From Octopus vulgaris (taxonomy: Eukaryota), in contig OX597820.1 of assembly GCA_951406725.2 (NCBI GenBank), positions 65,782,001 through 65,846,000 of the forward strand: DNA of 64,000 bases. Reading direction: 5' to 3'. The notes below the pieces were generated by a model. That model searched no databases. It was not told the origin of the DNA and worked only from the letters and a program-made list of their open reading frames with translations. Positions 1 to 13,715 of this stretch are shown here, piece after piece; position 1 is the stretch's first letter, and each line of letters starts with the position of its first letter. The position numbers and the translations under genes were made by a program.

Positions 1-43
<43 letters not shown>

Positions 44-619
44 GTATAATATCATTATTATTAATAATAATAATAATAATAATAACAATATCGTTATCAA
101 CATTCCTTCTCTTCGTCCTCTTTTACTTCGCTTTTTCTTTCACATCTTCTTCGTTTTCTTTCTTTCCCTCTCTTCATCTTTATTTCTGTCTGTCTCCGAA
201 CAAATTTGTATGCATACAGTTACAAATACATACATATATATATATATATTTATACGCGCACACACACACACAAACACGCGCGCAAACACACACACACATA
301 TATATATGCATGCATGTATGTATGTATGCATGTGTATATATATATATATATGTGCATGAGTACCTTTCTCTCGCATATATTTTCAAACATAGAGAGATAT
401 GCATATGATGCATGTATATGCATATATATATATAAGTATGTATGTATGTATGTTTGTATGTATGTGTATATATGTATGTACCTATATATATGTATATATG
501 TATATGTACATATATATGTATATATATATGTATATATATATATATATATATATAGGTATATGTGTATACGTATGTGTATGTATGTCTGTGTGTCTGTCTG
601 TGTGCATGTATGAAGAAGC

Positions 620-667
<48 letters not shown>

Positions 668-1160
668 GTAGTATATTTAAGTGTGTATAATGGAAGAGAA
701 GATGTGAATAGATTGAGAGCAGGGTATGGCCGTGAGTCAAAGATTAGATTTGGTAAGATAGAGGTTGGAGAAATAAATTAATGCGTAAGTATTAACGCAG
801 AGCGACGGGCATACACGAACACACAACACACAAATATAGCCAAATGTTACAACAATACATATGCATATAGTGACATAGAAAGGCGCATACATAGAATGAT
901 ACATCCATGCATACACGCACATATGCATTATATACTGTATACACTATACATATACGTACACACACATATATCATTATATACGTACATTATATGTATTTGC
1001 ACAATATATGTATATTGAACAAATAATATATATATAAATTTATATAAATAAGGATAAGATCCTTGTGCTATATGAACATTTAAGGTGGTTTTAGAGTCAG
1101 GTGCTGGCTGCTATTTTCAGCATGGCGGTATCTCGTAGATGACCTAATTTATAATTATAT

Positions 1161-1217
<57 letters not shown>

Positions 1218-1239
1218 GTTTTCATGTTTGGATTAACTT

Positions 1240-1277
<38 letters not shown>

Positions 1278-1630
1278 TATGTATATGTATATATACTAAT
1301 ACTAATGCTAAGCACAGCTCACACGCACACACACATACACACATAAGTATATACGGTTGTGTATTTATTGTATGTGTAAATGTGTGTGTGTGTGCATGTC
1401 TCTGAGTAAGTGTGTGAGTGCATGTGTCTCTGTATAGGTACACAAAGAAATACAAACGTATACACATTAGTACATATAATCATTAGTTTGTTTACCAACC
1501 ATATGGTTCCGAGTTCAGTCCCACTGCGTGGCTCGCGTAGACCCGAATGAAATCGGGTTATAATACCGAAACGAAGTAAAACAAAAATAAACTATTTTAA
1601 TCCCGAGCAAGGCCCGGTATATCTGTCTAA

Positions 1631-2328
1631 TCTATAAAATGAAGAATGCAAACGTTGATACAAATTGGATTTTTATGTAAAAAGGGGTCTAAATGGAGCT
1701 TGAAGGGGATCAAAATTTAGAGAGGGGTTAACTTGAGGTGGGAAATTAATTGGGGCGCTTTTGGGTTCGTAATTTTGAAAATTAAGGCAATATTTTCGAA
1801 GTTGAAAAAAATTTCTCATTTTTACGTATTTTTGCCTTTTATTTTTTTATTGTTTACAGTTTTCATTTTTTCTGAAAGAAATTTACAGCTGCATTTAGCC
1901 TGTGTTTAGAGCTTTCATTTGCATGGTCAATCTTTGAAAAATTACCAAAATAAGTACTAAATTTAACAAAGAAATCCTTTTTCTCCTTATTTTTAATCGC
2001 TCGAATAGTAGTACGTACAAAAGGCAAGTGTGCTTTCCGTTGTCACTGCCCGATATTTATAATTGATCTTTCAAAATATATTCTTTCTCAACATAGTCAA
2101 AATCTTTTATTTTTTTTATAAATTGGAAAGAGATAGATAGAGAAAGACAGAGAGTAAGAGAAAGCTAGGGAGAGTGCGAGAGAAAGGAAGAGTAAGAGAG
2201 TGGGAAAGTGAGAGAGAAAGGAGAGAGAAACAAAGAGGGGAGAATGTAGCGATAAGAAACAGAAAAGAAGCAACAGAAAGTAACAACTACACCCTCACCT
2301 GCGCGTAGAGCGAGTCACCTTAAGCTAG
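1631..2328 (+). mobile_element. Probable non-autonomous Helitron-like element
   Basis: Begins a|TC at 1631 and ends with a short GC-rich imperfect hairpin (ctgcgcgtagagcgag) then CTAG|t at 2325-2329; no TIR or TSD; non-coding. A second Helitron-like 3' hairpin (cccgagcaaggcccgg) lies just upstream at about 1602-1617. Confidence 0.45.
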
Positions 2329-2354
2329 TATATGTATATAAATATATAAACACA

Positions 2355-2530
2355 TGGCAGGTAGAAGAACCCTTAGCGCACCGGACGATTGCTTTGCGAC
2401 ATTTCTTTTGACGTCAGAGTTCAAACTCCGTCGAGGTTTGCTTTACCTTTAATCCTTTCAAAGGGTAGATAAACTAAGTACTAGTCAAGCCCTAGGGTCG
2501 ATCTCCCTCAAAATTTTAGACCGTAGAAAT
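2355..2530 (+). mobile_element. SINE family A, degenerate copy
   Basis: gagttcaaactcc B-box followed by tttgctttacctttaatcctttc...taagtact; diverged match to the family A copies at 14163, 16453 and 56041. Confidence 0.6.
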
Positions 2531-2548
2531 AAATATCTATCTACCTAT

Positions 2549-2604
<56 letters not shown>

Positions 2605-2606
<2 letters not shown>

Positions 2607-2836
2607 CAAATGCGCCCTTTTAAAGCCTAGCCAGGTTCATGGGACCGTATGTCCTTCCCAGCTGGACGGGACGCCAGTCCATCGCAGCGTTAGTCATTTT
2701 TGCCAGCTGAGTGGACTGGAGCAACGTGAAATGAAGTGTTTTGCTCAAGAACACAACGCGTCGCCCGGTCCAGGAATCGAAACCACAATCTTGCGATCAT
2801 GATGCTGACAATCTAACCACTAACGCATGCGCTTCC
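2605..2836 (-). mobile_element. tRNA-derived SINE (family C-type head, different tail)
   Basis: Minus strand reads ggaagcgcatgcgttagtggttagatt...ggtttcgattcctggaccggg (A and B boxes), then ttcttgagcaaaacacttcatttcacgttgctccagt, which is shared with copies at 19645, 45575 and 46461. Confidence 0.75.
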
Positions 2837-2879
<43 letters not shown>

Positions 2880-3054
2880 CATACATATGTATGCATTATG
2901 TATGACCGTATGTACATATACATACGTGTGTGTGTATGTGTGCGTGTTTATCTGTATGTATATTTGTAAACAGATAATGTTTACATATTTGTAAACAGAT
3001 AATGCAGACACAAACATGTATATGTGCGTGTTAGTGCATGGAAGTGTGTGTGTA

Positions 3055-3086
<32 letters not shown>

Positions 3087-3590
3087 TGTGTGTGTGTGAG
3101 TGCGTGTGTGTGTGAGTGTGTGTGTGTGAGTGTGTGTGTGTGTTGTGTGTGCGTTTTTCATCACTGCTTCACAAGCGGTTTGACGGAATGGAAATGGCTT
3201 AAAAGAAATAACTCGCAGAGGCCAATGGCATATATTTGAACAGCAGATACGATAAATTCTTAATTCTTAAAGTTATCTCAACTTCCAGAGAGAGTTCAAC
3301 AATCGCTTGATGGCAATTGGGACTCACTCCAAATGCGAGTGTAAGGTAATGTCAAGAATCAGCATTTCACAAAAATCGACTTATCTCTTATTATAATCAT
3401 TAATAAAAGGATTTCCTGATTGTCTAGATGCAAGAGAACAATACGTACGTTTATATGTATGTATGTATGTATTTTGTATGTATGTATGTATGTATGTATG
3501 TATGTATGTATGTATGTATGTATGTATGTATGTATATGTGTGTATGTATATATGTATGTATGTATGTATGTATATATGTATGTATGTATG

Positions 3591-3624
<34 letters not shown>

Positions 3625-3655
3625 TGTATGTATGTATGTATGTATATATATGTGT

Positions 3656-3961
3656 GGAGACGAAATGGCCCAGTGGTTAGGGCAGCAGACTCGCGGTTGT
3701 AGGATCGCGGTTTCGATTCTCAGACCGGGCGTTGTGAGTGTTTATTAAGCGAAAACACCTAAAGATACGAGGCTCTCTGGCAGCGGGTGGTGGCAGGCCC
3801 TGCTGTACTCTTTCAACAAAACTTTCTCTCACTTTTTCTTCCTGTTTCTGCTGTACCTTTATTTCAAAGGACCAACCTTGTCACACTGTGTCACGCTGAA
3901 TGTCCCCGAGAACTATGTTAAGGGCACACGTGTCTGTGGAGTGCTAAGCCACTTGCACGCT
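3656..3961 (+). mobile_element. tRNA-derived SINE family D
   Basis: A box tggcccagtgg and B box ggtttcgattc; body (tttcaaaggaccaaccttgtcacac...gagaactatgttaaggg) is shared with the neighbouring copy at 3994. Confidence 0.7.
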
Positions 3962-3993
3962 ACGCATCATGTCTATAGAAATTCAAAATGGAT

Positions 3994-4716
3994 GAAGGCA
4001 CATGGCGTAGTCGTCATGGTATTCGGCTAACGATTGTAAGGTAACGAGTTCATTTCCCAGCAGCGCAGATGTTTCAACGTGCAAGGCACTTTTTTTCACG
4101 TTGCCCCAGTTCACTCTGGTAGCAAAAATGAATTGTACCTGTAATTCAAAGGGCCAGCCTTATCACATTTTGTGTCACGTTGACTCTCCCTCAGAACTAC
4201 GTTCAGGGTACACTTGTTTGTGGAGTACTGTTTTACTCTTTTGATTGTTTCAGTCATTTGACTGCGGATATGCTGGAGCACCACCTTTAGTCGAATCAAA
4301 TCGATCCCAGGACTTATTCTTTGTAAGTCTAGTACTTATTCTATCGGTCTCTTTTGCCGAACCGCTAAGTTATGGGGATGTAAACACACCAGCATCGGTT
4401 GTCAAGCGATGTTGGGGGACGTAAACACAGATACACAACATATACACACACATATATATATACATATATACAACTGGCTTCTTTCAGTTTCCGTTTACCA
4501 AATCCACTCACAAGGCTTTGATCGGCTCGAGGCTATAGTAGAAGACACTTGCCCAAGGTGCCACGCAGTAGGGCTGAACCCGGAGCCATGTGGTTGGTAA
4601 GCAAGCTACTTACCACAGAGCCACTCCTGCGCCTATGTACTCAGCCATTTGCAAGTTAATCTCACTGGCAGACTGTTCCGGTGATCAGATCGACTGGAAC
4701 CATCATCGGCGTAACA
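3994..4716 (+). mobile_element. SINE (family C/D-type) split by a nested family B SINE
   Basis: Head gaaggcacatggcgtagt; body runs to gtggagtact (4229) and resumes gtactcagccatttgca (4637), matching the uninterrupted gtggagtgctaagccacttgca at about 3937-3957. Confidence 0.65.
4230..4634 (-). mobile_element. tRNA-derived SINE family B, full length
   Basis: Minus: ggcgcaggagtggctctgtggtaagtagc...gggttcagccc...caccttgggcaagtgtc, internal microsatellite, tail gactgaaacaatcaaaagagtaaaa; flanked by a gtact duplication. Confidence 0.85.
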
Positions 4717-4745
4717 TCTGTTGATGGAAAGCTATTGATTTAGAC

Positions 4746-5020
4746 CAGTGGTTCCCAAATTGGGTGGTATCCCACCCACTAGGGACAGTGGAAAGTTCCA
4801 AGGAGGTGCTGAAGAAAATGGGGTGATAATGGGGTAGCAATTCATGTAAAAACAACAAAATAATGGATTCATTAGGCAAAGCCTTATTTGTGAAATACAG
4901 TTGCTTTGAATTTACTTCAGAAAGAGGTCTATGTTTGTGATGCTTAGTTGGGGTGGGGGAGCTAGGAATGTGGCCTGGGTGTCAAAGGGTTGGCAGCCCG
5001 AAAAAGTTTGGGAACCACTG
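4746..5020. mobile_element. hAT (Charlie/MER5-like) MITE
   Basis: TIRs CAGTGGTTCCCAAA / TTTGGGAACCACTG; 8-bp TSD atttagac vs attaagtc (6/8 identical). Confidence 0.85.
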
Positions 5021-5984
5021 ATTAAGTCCTAATATAAATTATCAATATGAAGGCAGAAGAACCACGAACAAAATGCTAGCTCCCGAGTAATGATCGGACG
5101 AGAATAAGGACGGCCTAACGTTATGTTTCCCAGTGGAAATCATGGACATTATATAAACAGCAATGACAATATATATTTATTTATTTACTTATTTCATCTA
5201 ATTGTTTTATGTATTATATTTATTTGTTTGTTTTTTATTGTTGTTGTTGCTACTGTCGTTATCATTAACTATGAGTTAATGACTGCTTAGAATCCACTCA
5301 TCTTCATATGCTTAACCCTATCAGAAGTACCAACCGCGTCGCCACCGACAACAACACTGACGACGAAGACAATGACTACGGGGTCATAAATACATCACAG
5401 CCTCACGTGCAGGCGAACTGTTATTTCTACTAACATGAGTGACCATGTAAACTCTCTCTCTCTCTCTCTCCATCTCACTCTCCCTCTCTCTCACTCACTC
5501 TATCTATCTCCCATTGGCTACCGGTAATATACAAACTCAATAAGTGTGAATTGCCAAGTTACTGTATTTGCAAAGCATAAATAAATGCCCTGAAATCATC
5601 TAATGAGGACGTTATAACTGCTATTTCGCATATGCATCACGAGGGCTGAAACAGCTTACCTCCATTTAGTAAACCCTACAGTAACGTAACTGTGTAGTGG
5701 TGGAGCGGGGGAACAAATTTACTGTCCGCCCCGGGCAGCATTTTTGAGTCTGTATAGACTTAGGGACCCGGTAGTGGGATGTGGCAAACTCAAGGTTCCG
5801 CCTGGTGATACGCACTTTCGCGATGTTAGTGAACCAGAATTAATATTTTAGTTATTTTTTAAGACTTGGAATTTTGTTATGTCCCTTTGCGTCCTGAATT
5901 TAAATCAGGTCCAGTTTTATTTGTCGTGTTATCATTCCAAGGACGATTAAATCATACTAAACAAATAATGGGCAAATATCCATT

Positions 5985-6166
5985 CTAATTTTGGCACAAG
6001 GCCAGAAATTTTAAGCGCGGGACTAAGTCGATTATATAACAACCAGTGCTCATTTAGTACTTAAATGGTTGATCCCGAAAGGATAGAAAGTAAACATGAC
6101 CTCGGTGGAAATTGAACTCGAGACATGATTTGTCACAAGAAATTCTGCAAAGCACAAACAATTCTG

Positions 6167-6170
<4 letters not shown>
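5985..6170 (-). mobile_element. SINE family A (tail type 2), degenerate
   Basis: ggcacaaggccagaaattt...agtcgatt...cccgaaaggatagaaagtaaa...gacctcggtggaaattgaactc is the reverse complement of the family A body and tail. Confidence 0.65.
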
Positions 6171-6225
<55 letters not shown>

Positions 6226-6889
6226 TCTATCTGCATCTATCTATCTATCTATAATCGATCTATCTCTTTTTTTCTCTCGCTCACACATACACTTTCTCAC
6301 TCTCTCTCTCTCTCTCTTTCTGTCTTTATCTCTCTTTCCTTCTCTCTCTCTATATAAATATCTATTAATATCTTTCTCTCTCTCGTTGACACATACACTT
6401 TCTCACTCTCTTTCCGTCTTTCTCTTTTTCTCTCTCTCTCTCTCTCTTTCTTTCTGACTTTATGTGTATGTACATATTTGTATGTACATATTTATCTTTT
6501 TCTCCCCCCCCTCTCTCAACATCTCATTCAAAATATCTTGGTTAAGTTTTGTGCCTAAGCTGTACAAAAGCATTTACTATTTTATCAATACTTCCCATGC
6601 CAATACGCACAGCCAACTAGACAAAACAGTCCATCCACTGAACCTTAACTAAAGTACCACCCATCCAAACAAACGCACACTGTACCCTAATAAACAATAA
6701 CATTTGTTGGTATTTAGGGTACGATGTGTTTATTTACTTTAGTTCAAACCTCCCAACTCTCCTCCCGGCTCCTGCCATACAAATACTGGGGGAAACGGCT
6801 CCTTTTAACTTCATCATGGTTTATCCCCAGTCGTTGCTTTTGCTCTATATATCTTTCTATTATTTTATGCCAATACATCTATACATATA

Positions 6890-7340
6890 TAATATATATC
6901 TGTCTGACTGTCTAGCTATCTGTCTATCCATCTGTCTATTTATCTATCTATCCATCTATCTATCTGTCTATTTAACCATCTATCCCTCCGTCTATCTACC
7001 TATTTATCTATCTCTCTCTGTCTATCTGTGTCTATCTATCTACCTATCTATATACCTATCTAGCTAGCTATCTATTTATCTCTCTATCTGTCTATCTATC
7101 TATCCATCTATCTACCTATCTATCTATCCGTCTGTCTATCTACCTATCAATCAACCTATCTCTCTATTTACCTATCTATCTAGCTGTCTGTTCGTCTATC
7201 TATATATCTATCTATCTATCTAACTGTCTATCTATCTATCTAACTATCTATCTATCTACCTATGTATCTTTCTATTTATCTATTTATCTATCTGTCTGTC
7301 TGTCTGTCTGTTTATCTATCTATCTATTTACCTATTAATC
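6890..7340. repeat. Degenerate (TATC/TGTC)n microsatellite
   Basis: About 450 bp of tatc/tgtc tetramers. Confidence 0.9.
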
Positions 7341-7370
7341 TAACATTCTCTTTTATTCTGCTGTGATCTA

Positions 7371-7596
7371 CAGTAACCCCTCGCCATATCGCCATTCATC
7401 TGTCGCAGTTTATTATTTAAGCTTACGTCGTCGACTCCTCCGTGGTGCCGTTTTGCATTTATAATATAACAAATATACACAAATTATAAAAATGATAATA
7501 ACAAAATATACAGTACAGTACTGTTTCTACTTCACGGATTTTCACCTATCGCAGGGTGTTTGGAACGTAATACCCGCGATAGTCGAGGGATTACTG
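7371..7596. mobile_element. Tc1/mariner (pogo/Tigger-like) MITE
   Basis: ta|CAGTAACCCCTCGCCATATCGC ... GCGATAGTCGAGGGATTACTG imperfect TIRs of about 22 bp; TA on the left, right TA mutated to aa. Confidence 0.7.
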
Positions 7597-7886
7597 AATT
7601 TTGCTCTCTAGGAGGTATCTTTAATTGACATGGACACATTTCTATATAACATTCACACACACATACACGCACGTACTCACATCGTCATGTATGTACTCAT
7701 ACATACACACATACACACATACACAACCAGTTATCTGTTGACCGTTGAAGGGAGTGGATAAGAGTGAGAGTAGGAGTGATAAAGCACAAACCTCATTCAT
7801 TTTAATATAACAAGCGAACCTACTTCATCAACCATGATTTTCACCGTTTTTCCTGTTTCATCGGAATGTGGCCATGCTGAGGCATC

Positions 7887-7920
<34 letters not shown>

Positions 7921-7946
7921 TAGATAGATACACAGAGAGACAGACC

Positions 7947-8034
<88 letters not shown>

Positions 8035-8490
8035 TGATAGATAGATAGACTCAATCACCTATCATTATGCATCTATGCGCATGTCAATTCTTTAACCCTC
8101 TCTCTCCCTCTTGCTCTCTCTCTATCTATCTACTGCTATCTCTCTCCTTGCTCCCTCTATGGTGGAGTTATTTATTATATTACGATTAAGCTCTTCTACT
8201 CCCAGCCACGTAGACAAAATCACAAATACATACACCACACTATATATGCATGCGTATATAAACTGATTAATTGTTGGATAGGTTTTTTTATCATATAGCT
8301 TATAAGATAACGGATGTTTGTGAAATATAAGCGGTAAAGGGATAGTCATTTATAATGAGGTAAAGACGTTGTGCCAATATAAAATAACACACAGGCGCAC
8401 GCATGCATATGTATGCATACATACATACATACATACATGCATACATACATACATATACGTATATATCTATCTGAATATACAAATTGGTGC

Positions 8491-8549
<59 letters not shown>

Positions 8550-9049
8550 CAGAGAAAGAGAGAAAGACAAATAAACGATAGAAAAAGTATACACAGGTTT
8601 AGATATATGAATAAATATATATATATAGTAAACATACGTAAACACACGTAAACACACGAAAAATGCATACACACACAATAGATAAGTACAGGACAAAATA
8701 CCAAAAAATACCCAATAAGAACAGGACATCAACAACGTAAACACATAACGAGAGACAAGTACGGGGCAATATAGTAAACGAAGTCTAACTCCTCCTCAGT
8801 TGTCGACTGTTTATTACTCCCTATTTCAAGTTTTCAACGACAACATAGGAAGCCTTCATAAAACAGCAGCATCCAGAAATTTTTAAAATATAAAATTTGC
8901 GGACAGTTAGAGCTATCTGTTTATCTATATGTATTTGTGTGTATGTTTGTGTGTACATAAATATATATATATATATATATATATTATCGCTATGGGCTCC
9001 GTGTGGGCAGTCATCTAAAAGTTTTTGTGCATCTTGATGCTGACATAAG

Positions 9050-9147
9050 TTCCTTGTTTTTCCTGATGAGAAGACGGTATAATGCACCCCTTATTTCTTC
9101 GAAATTAGGAATATGAGCCTTCGAAACATATGTCGAAAATAAAGGAA
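9050..9147 (+). ncRNA. Type I hammerhead ribozyme (minimal Penelope-type, palindromic stem III)
   Basis: Stem I ttccttgtttttc (9050-9062) / gaaaataaaggaa (9135-9147); core CTGATGA 9063-9069; stem II gaag/cttc; GAAA 9123-9126; palindrome ACATATGT 9126-9133; GUC cleavage triplet ending 9134. Confidence 0.75.
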
Positions 9148-9180
9148 TTTTGTTAATTCGTCGTTCAACTCCATTCTTTC

Positions 9181-9320
<140 letters not shown>

Positions 9321-9588
9321 GTATGCACATACATATATATACATACATATACATATATGCATACACACACACACACATATATATATTTACATACATACAT
9401 ACATACAAACATATATATATATGTACATACATACATTTGCGTGTGTATGTGTATAGATATGCTTATAAATTTTAAACCTTTCTCTTTAGTTATACGAATA
9501 TGTGTGTGTGATGAGTATACCTATCTATCTATCTATCTATCTATCTATCTCTCTTCTCTCTTTCTTTCTCTCTCTCTCTCTCTCTCAC

Positions 9589-9642
<54 letters not shown>

Positions 9643-9682
9643 TAAGCATGTATATACTTATGCACACACAGTCATATATATG

Positions 9683-9772
<90 letters not shown>

Positions 9773-10342
9773 GAGAGAGAGAAAGATAGAAGGAAGCGAG
9801 CACATAGAGTCTAAGTAATATGATGGGCAGTTACACCTTTAGAAATATAAGCGCATCCGCATACCCACGCACACATTCTCCAACGATGAACACAAATATA
9901 CAACACGTATACGTTGGGGTACACACATGCGCTCTCTCTCTCTCTCTCTCTCACTTTCTCTCTCTGTCTTTCCGTCTCTCCCAAAACGCACACATACACA
10001 CATACATGCACCTCACACACACACACACCTAAGCGCGCGCGCACATATGCACATCACTCACAAACTTTCTGCGTAACGGTGAGACAAAACAATTCCTCAG
10101 AGGGATTTTGTCTATTATTCTAAGCTTACTGAAGAAATAATTCTGCAAAACTTGTTTCGTCTTCCCCATAATAGAAGAATAAATAAACAAACGAAGAAAG
10201 ATCTAAAACCGAACGGAATCTGTGAGGGTCACGTGGTAAACTATTGCGGAGAAGTCTTATAAACAATGGCGGCTATTTCAGTGGAAACCTAGAAATGAAA
10301 TAACGGCAGCCATTAAAAAATTTGTATATGTATACACACACA

Positions 10343-10375
<33 letters not shown>

Positions 10376-10597
10376 CACACACACTCACACACACACACAC
10401 GCATACACACACACACGCATATATGTATATATATATACACACACACACACAGACACACACACACACACACACACGCACGCATATATATATATATACACAC
10501 GCACACACACACACACACACACACTCACACACACACACGCATACACACACACACACACATATATATATACACACGCACGCACACACATACACACACA

Positions 10598-10634
<37 letters not shown>

Positions 10635-10789
10635 CGAATGGAGTAAAACGACTTTGTACTATGCCAGCTTGATTTCTGTTGTATAATGAGGGAATCGTGT
10701 TGTTCTTGTTTGTTTTGGGGGTAGATTTTTTGTTTTGCTGTTGAGTTTTTGTTGCTTTAAGCTGTTTATGGAGATGCTGGTTGTTGTTT

Positions 10790-11172
10790 TTCTGGTGGTA
10801 AATGGTAGCGGTGCCGCAGTGAAAGCAATGGCTGTTGTTGCTGCTTGTGGTGGCGGTGATGGTGGTGGTGGTGGTGGTAGAAATGATGAAGGTTTGTAGT
10901 TGTTGCGTGGTGGTGATTGTTGTTGTTGTTGTGGTGGTGGTGGTGGTGGAAATGATGATGTGGTAGTCGTAGCGTGGTGGTGATTGTAGTGGTGGTGATG
11001 GAGGAAATGATGATGGTGGTAGTTGTAGCGTGGTGGTGATTGTGGTGGTGGTGGTGGAAATGATGATGGTGGTAGTTGTAGCGTGGTGGTGATTGTGGTG
11101 GGGGTGATTGTGGTGGTGGTGATGGTGATGGTGGTGGTGGTGGTGGTGGTGGTGGCTTTGGTGTTGTTGTTG

Positions 11173-11204
<32 letters not shown>

Positions 11205-11300
11205 GGTGGTGGTGGTGGTTGTGGTGGTTGTGGTGGTGGTGGTGGTGGTGGTGGTGGTGGTGGTGGTGGTGGTGATGGTGATGTGTCAGCGCTGCTGCTG
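10790..11300. repeat. Compound (GGT)/(TTG)/(GAT) trinucleotide array with about four degenerate 50-70 bp higher-order units
   Basis: The motif ggtggaaatgatga...tagttgtagcgtggtggtgattgt recurs near 10875, 10945, 11000 and 11053, followed by pure (GGT)n and (TTG)n. Confidence 0.85.
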
Positions 11301-11305
11301 CTGCT

Positions 11306-11712
11306 GGATTCGGTCCCACTGCTTGGCACCTCGGGCAATTGTCTTCTACTATAACCATGCGCCGACCAAAGCCTTGTGAATAGATTTGGTAGACGGAAAC
11401 TGGCCGAAGCCCGTCACATATGTACGTGTATATCTGCGTGCGTTTGAGAGAGTATCTGTGTATGTGTGTGGGTTTGTGTGTATCTGTGTGTGTGCGTCTG
11501 TGTGTGCTTGTGTTTGTCCCCCACCTCACACACTGCTTGACAGCCGGTGTTGGTTTGTTTATGTAACAATAGTGGTTCCGCAAATGAGACCGATGAAGTA
11601 ATTACCAGGCTTAATAAAATAACTACCCTGATAGATTTATGTATTCGACTATAACTGTTGGAGATGGTGCTCCAGTATGGCCGCAATCCAATACCTGAAA
11701 CAATGATAAAAG
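11306..11712 (+). mobile_element. SINE family B, 5'-truncated
   Basis: ggattcggtcccact...ggcacctcgggcaattgtcttctactata...ggtagacggaaac...ggtgctccagtatggccgca...ctgaaacaatgataaaag. Confidence 0.8.
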
Positions 11713-12705
11713 ACAAGTATCACAGAGAAAAGGTGACAGACAATGTCGATGCGATTCAGAGCTGCAAGCAAAACGAAATTAAGTAGCCACACTATTGCCA
11801 GCGTTACCGCCATGAAATTTATTTCTGTATCTGTCATGTCAGCCATTTAATGAGAAGACGAGTTGCCGAGAAAATTATTTCCATTGGGAGGGACTTTTCT
11901 CAGCAACTGATCTTCTAGCAGAATCTTTGCTTTTGATTGTCAATTGGTATTGCGTTGTAGACAATATCATTTCTGCTGAATAGAAATTTATTTAATGAAA
12001 CAAATGAAACAAACGTTGGGTAAGAACATTTTAGAATGAAAAGTGTATTTAAGAATAGTTTTTGAGAAAAGGACCTCATTCAAAATGCATATGTTTATTT
12101 TATATATACGTAAAATTTCGCATTAACAAAGACATTATATTTGTTTTGCAAGATTCTTGCTAACATCTCTCGTGTTGAAACAGGTTTTGTTGTATCTTGG
12201 GAGGGTCATAGTGCCAATAATAAACACACGCACTGGTTCTATTCGAATTCTTTATTATTTGTTAATTGGCTAACGCTGTCACCAATTAACTCATCGAGTG
12301 TTTAATTACCTATGTTTGTCAAAGTCATCACGTCTCCATTCGCGCTCTTCTCAAAGATATGGCCTCTCGACTCTAGGTCAGCTTATTAGCATAATATATT
12401 AATATTTTCCCCTTATTTAATACGCGTTTATTTGTAAGTAGACAAAATGCAATGTTGATAGTCATATGTTTGGGGTAAATATATAAGCACAAGAGCTTGT
12501 TTCAGGATTATATGATATTTCTGAGTTTCGAAGGTATATATCTGTGTAGTGTATAATTTTCAATTCATTAAACACAAAAGAAAATATTATATGAAAGGAA
12601 TAGATAGCTTTCTTAGCATTGGGTTATTATGTAGGGCTTACTAAAATGGCTTTGTTTGGCCCGGGGCTATAGTAGTAGACACGCAAATAACAAACAACTA
12701 TATAT

Positions 12706-12996
12706 GAAGGCACATGGCTCAGTGGTAAGAGCATCGGCTTCACAATCATGAGGTAGTGATTTCGGTTCCCGGACCAGGCTGTGTGTTCTCAGTTCCGGCG
12801 TCGCTTGTGCCAAGCTGTATCGCTCTTTGCCTTACACTTTGATGACATCGGTGGCGTGGAGAGGGAAGGCTGGTATGCATGGGCGACTAGTGGCCTTCCA
12901 TAAAAAATCTCACCCGGATCTTTGCTTCGGAGGGTACCTGTCTAGGTGCAATCTCATGGTCAATCATGTCCGAGCGAGCGGGGTCTTTACTCTTAC

Positions 12997-13000
<4 letters not shown>
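12706..13000 (+). mobile_element. tRNA-derived SINE family C
   Basis: gaaggcacatggctcagtggtaagagc head; body gccaagctgtatcg...gggcgactag...ctaggtgcaatctcatgg matches the reverse complement of the 19645 and 46461 copies. Confidence 0.8.
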
Positions 13001-13040
<40 letters not shown>

Positions 13041-13223
13041 AGAGAGAGAGAGAGGGAGAGAGAGAGAGATACATATATATAGCCGCTGACGCAGGTATGT
13101 AGGCGCGGGCGTGGCTTTGCGGTAAAAAGTTTCCTTCCCAGCCACTACGTGGCACATTCGGCCGACCACAGTTTCATGAGTGGATTTGGTGGGCGGGTGG
13201 ATGGAAACTGAAAGAAGTCCATC

Positions 13224-13278
<55 letters not shown>

Positions 13279-13291
13279 TACTGATAATTAA

Positions 13292-13616
13292 GGGTAGTAA
13301 CAGGCAGCACCGGCATGCTAAATATAGAAATCAAAATGACTAAATTACAAATCTTCACTTAAACACAAAGCTGAAAGGGAGAAAATTAATAAAAATCCTA
13401 AACTGCCTACCAATGACGAAAGTAATCGAAAATCGAAAAAGTCAGACATACCCGTATCACTGTGATTTCGAATTTTGAGAAATACCCTTAGTTCAGCTAA
13501 GTTCAATTTTTTATTATTTTCGCCATTGGTATTGAGTCGGAGGGTCTTTATTCATTTGCATGCTTTGGTCCTTTTGACTGCTATGTTTAGCATGCCGCTA
13601 CTGCCTGTTAGTACCC
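13292..13616. mobile_element. TTAA-flanked fold-back MITE (Kolobok-like termini)
   Basis: TTAA|GGGTAGTAACAGGCAGCACCGGCATGCTAAATATAG ... CTATGTTTAGCATGCCGCTACTGCCTGTTAGTACCC|TTAA; an internal inverted pair (taccaatgacgaaagtaat / attattttcgccattggta) extends the fold-back. A TTAA TSD with GG..CC ends fits Kolobok better than piggyBac. Confidence 0.7.
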
Positions 13617-13715
13617 TTAATTATTAACTGATTATTTTTTTACCGTTATGAGCTTTTTACGCATGCTAAGCCACTGGTATTATTATAAACAATATTATCC
13701 TCATATGTATATAGT

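Noticed and set aside
8780-8830. Minus-strand CTGAGGA plus short stem (similar cases at about 20745 and 62580)
   Set aside because: No correctly placed GAAA or cleavage helix; too incomplete to call as hammerheads.
10525-11583. 352-aa His/Gln/Thr-rich ORF resembling a transcription-factor low-complexity region
   Set aside because: It starts inside a family B SINE and is open only because of trinucleotide repeats; other frames are similarly open.
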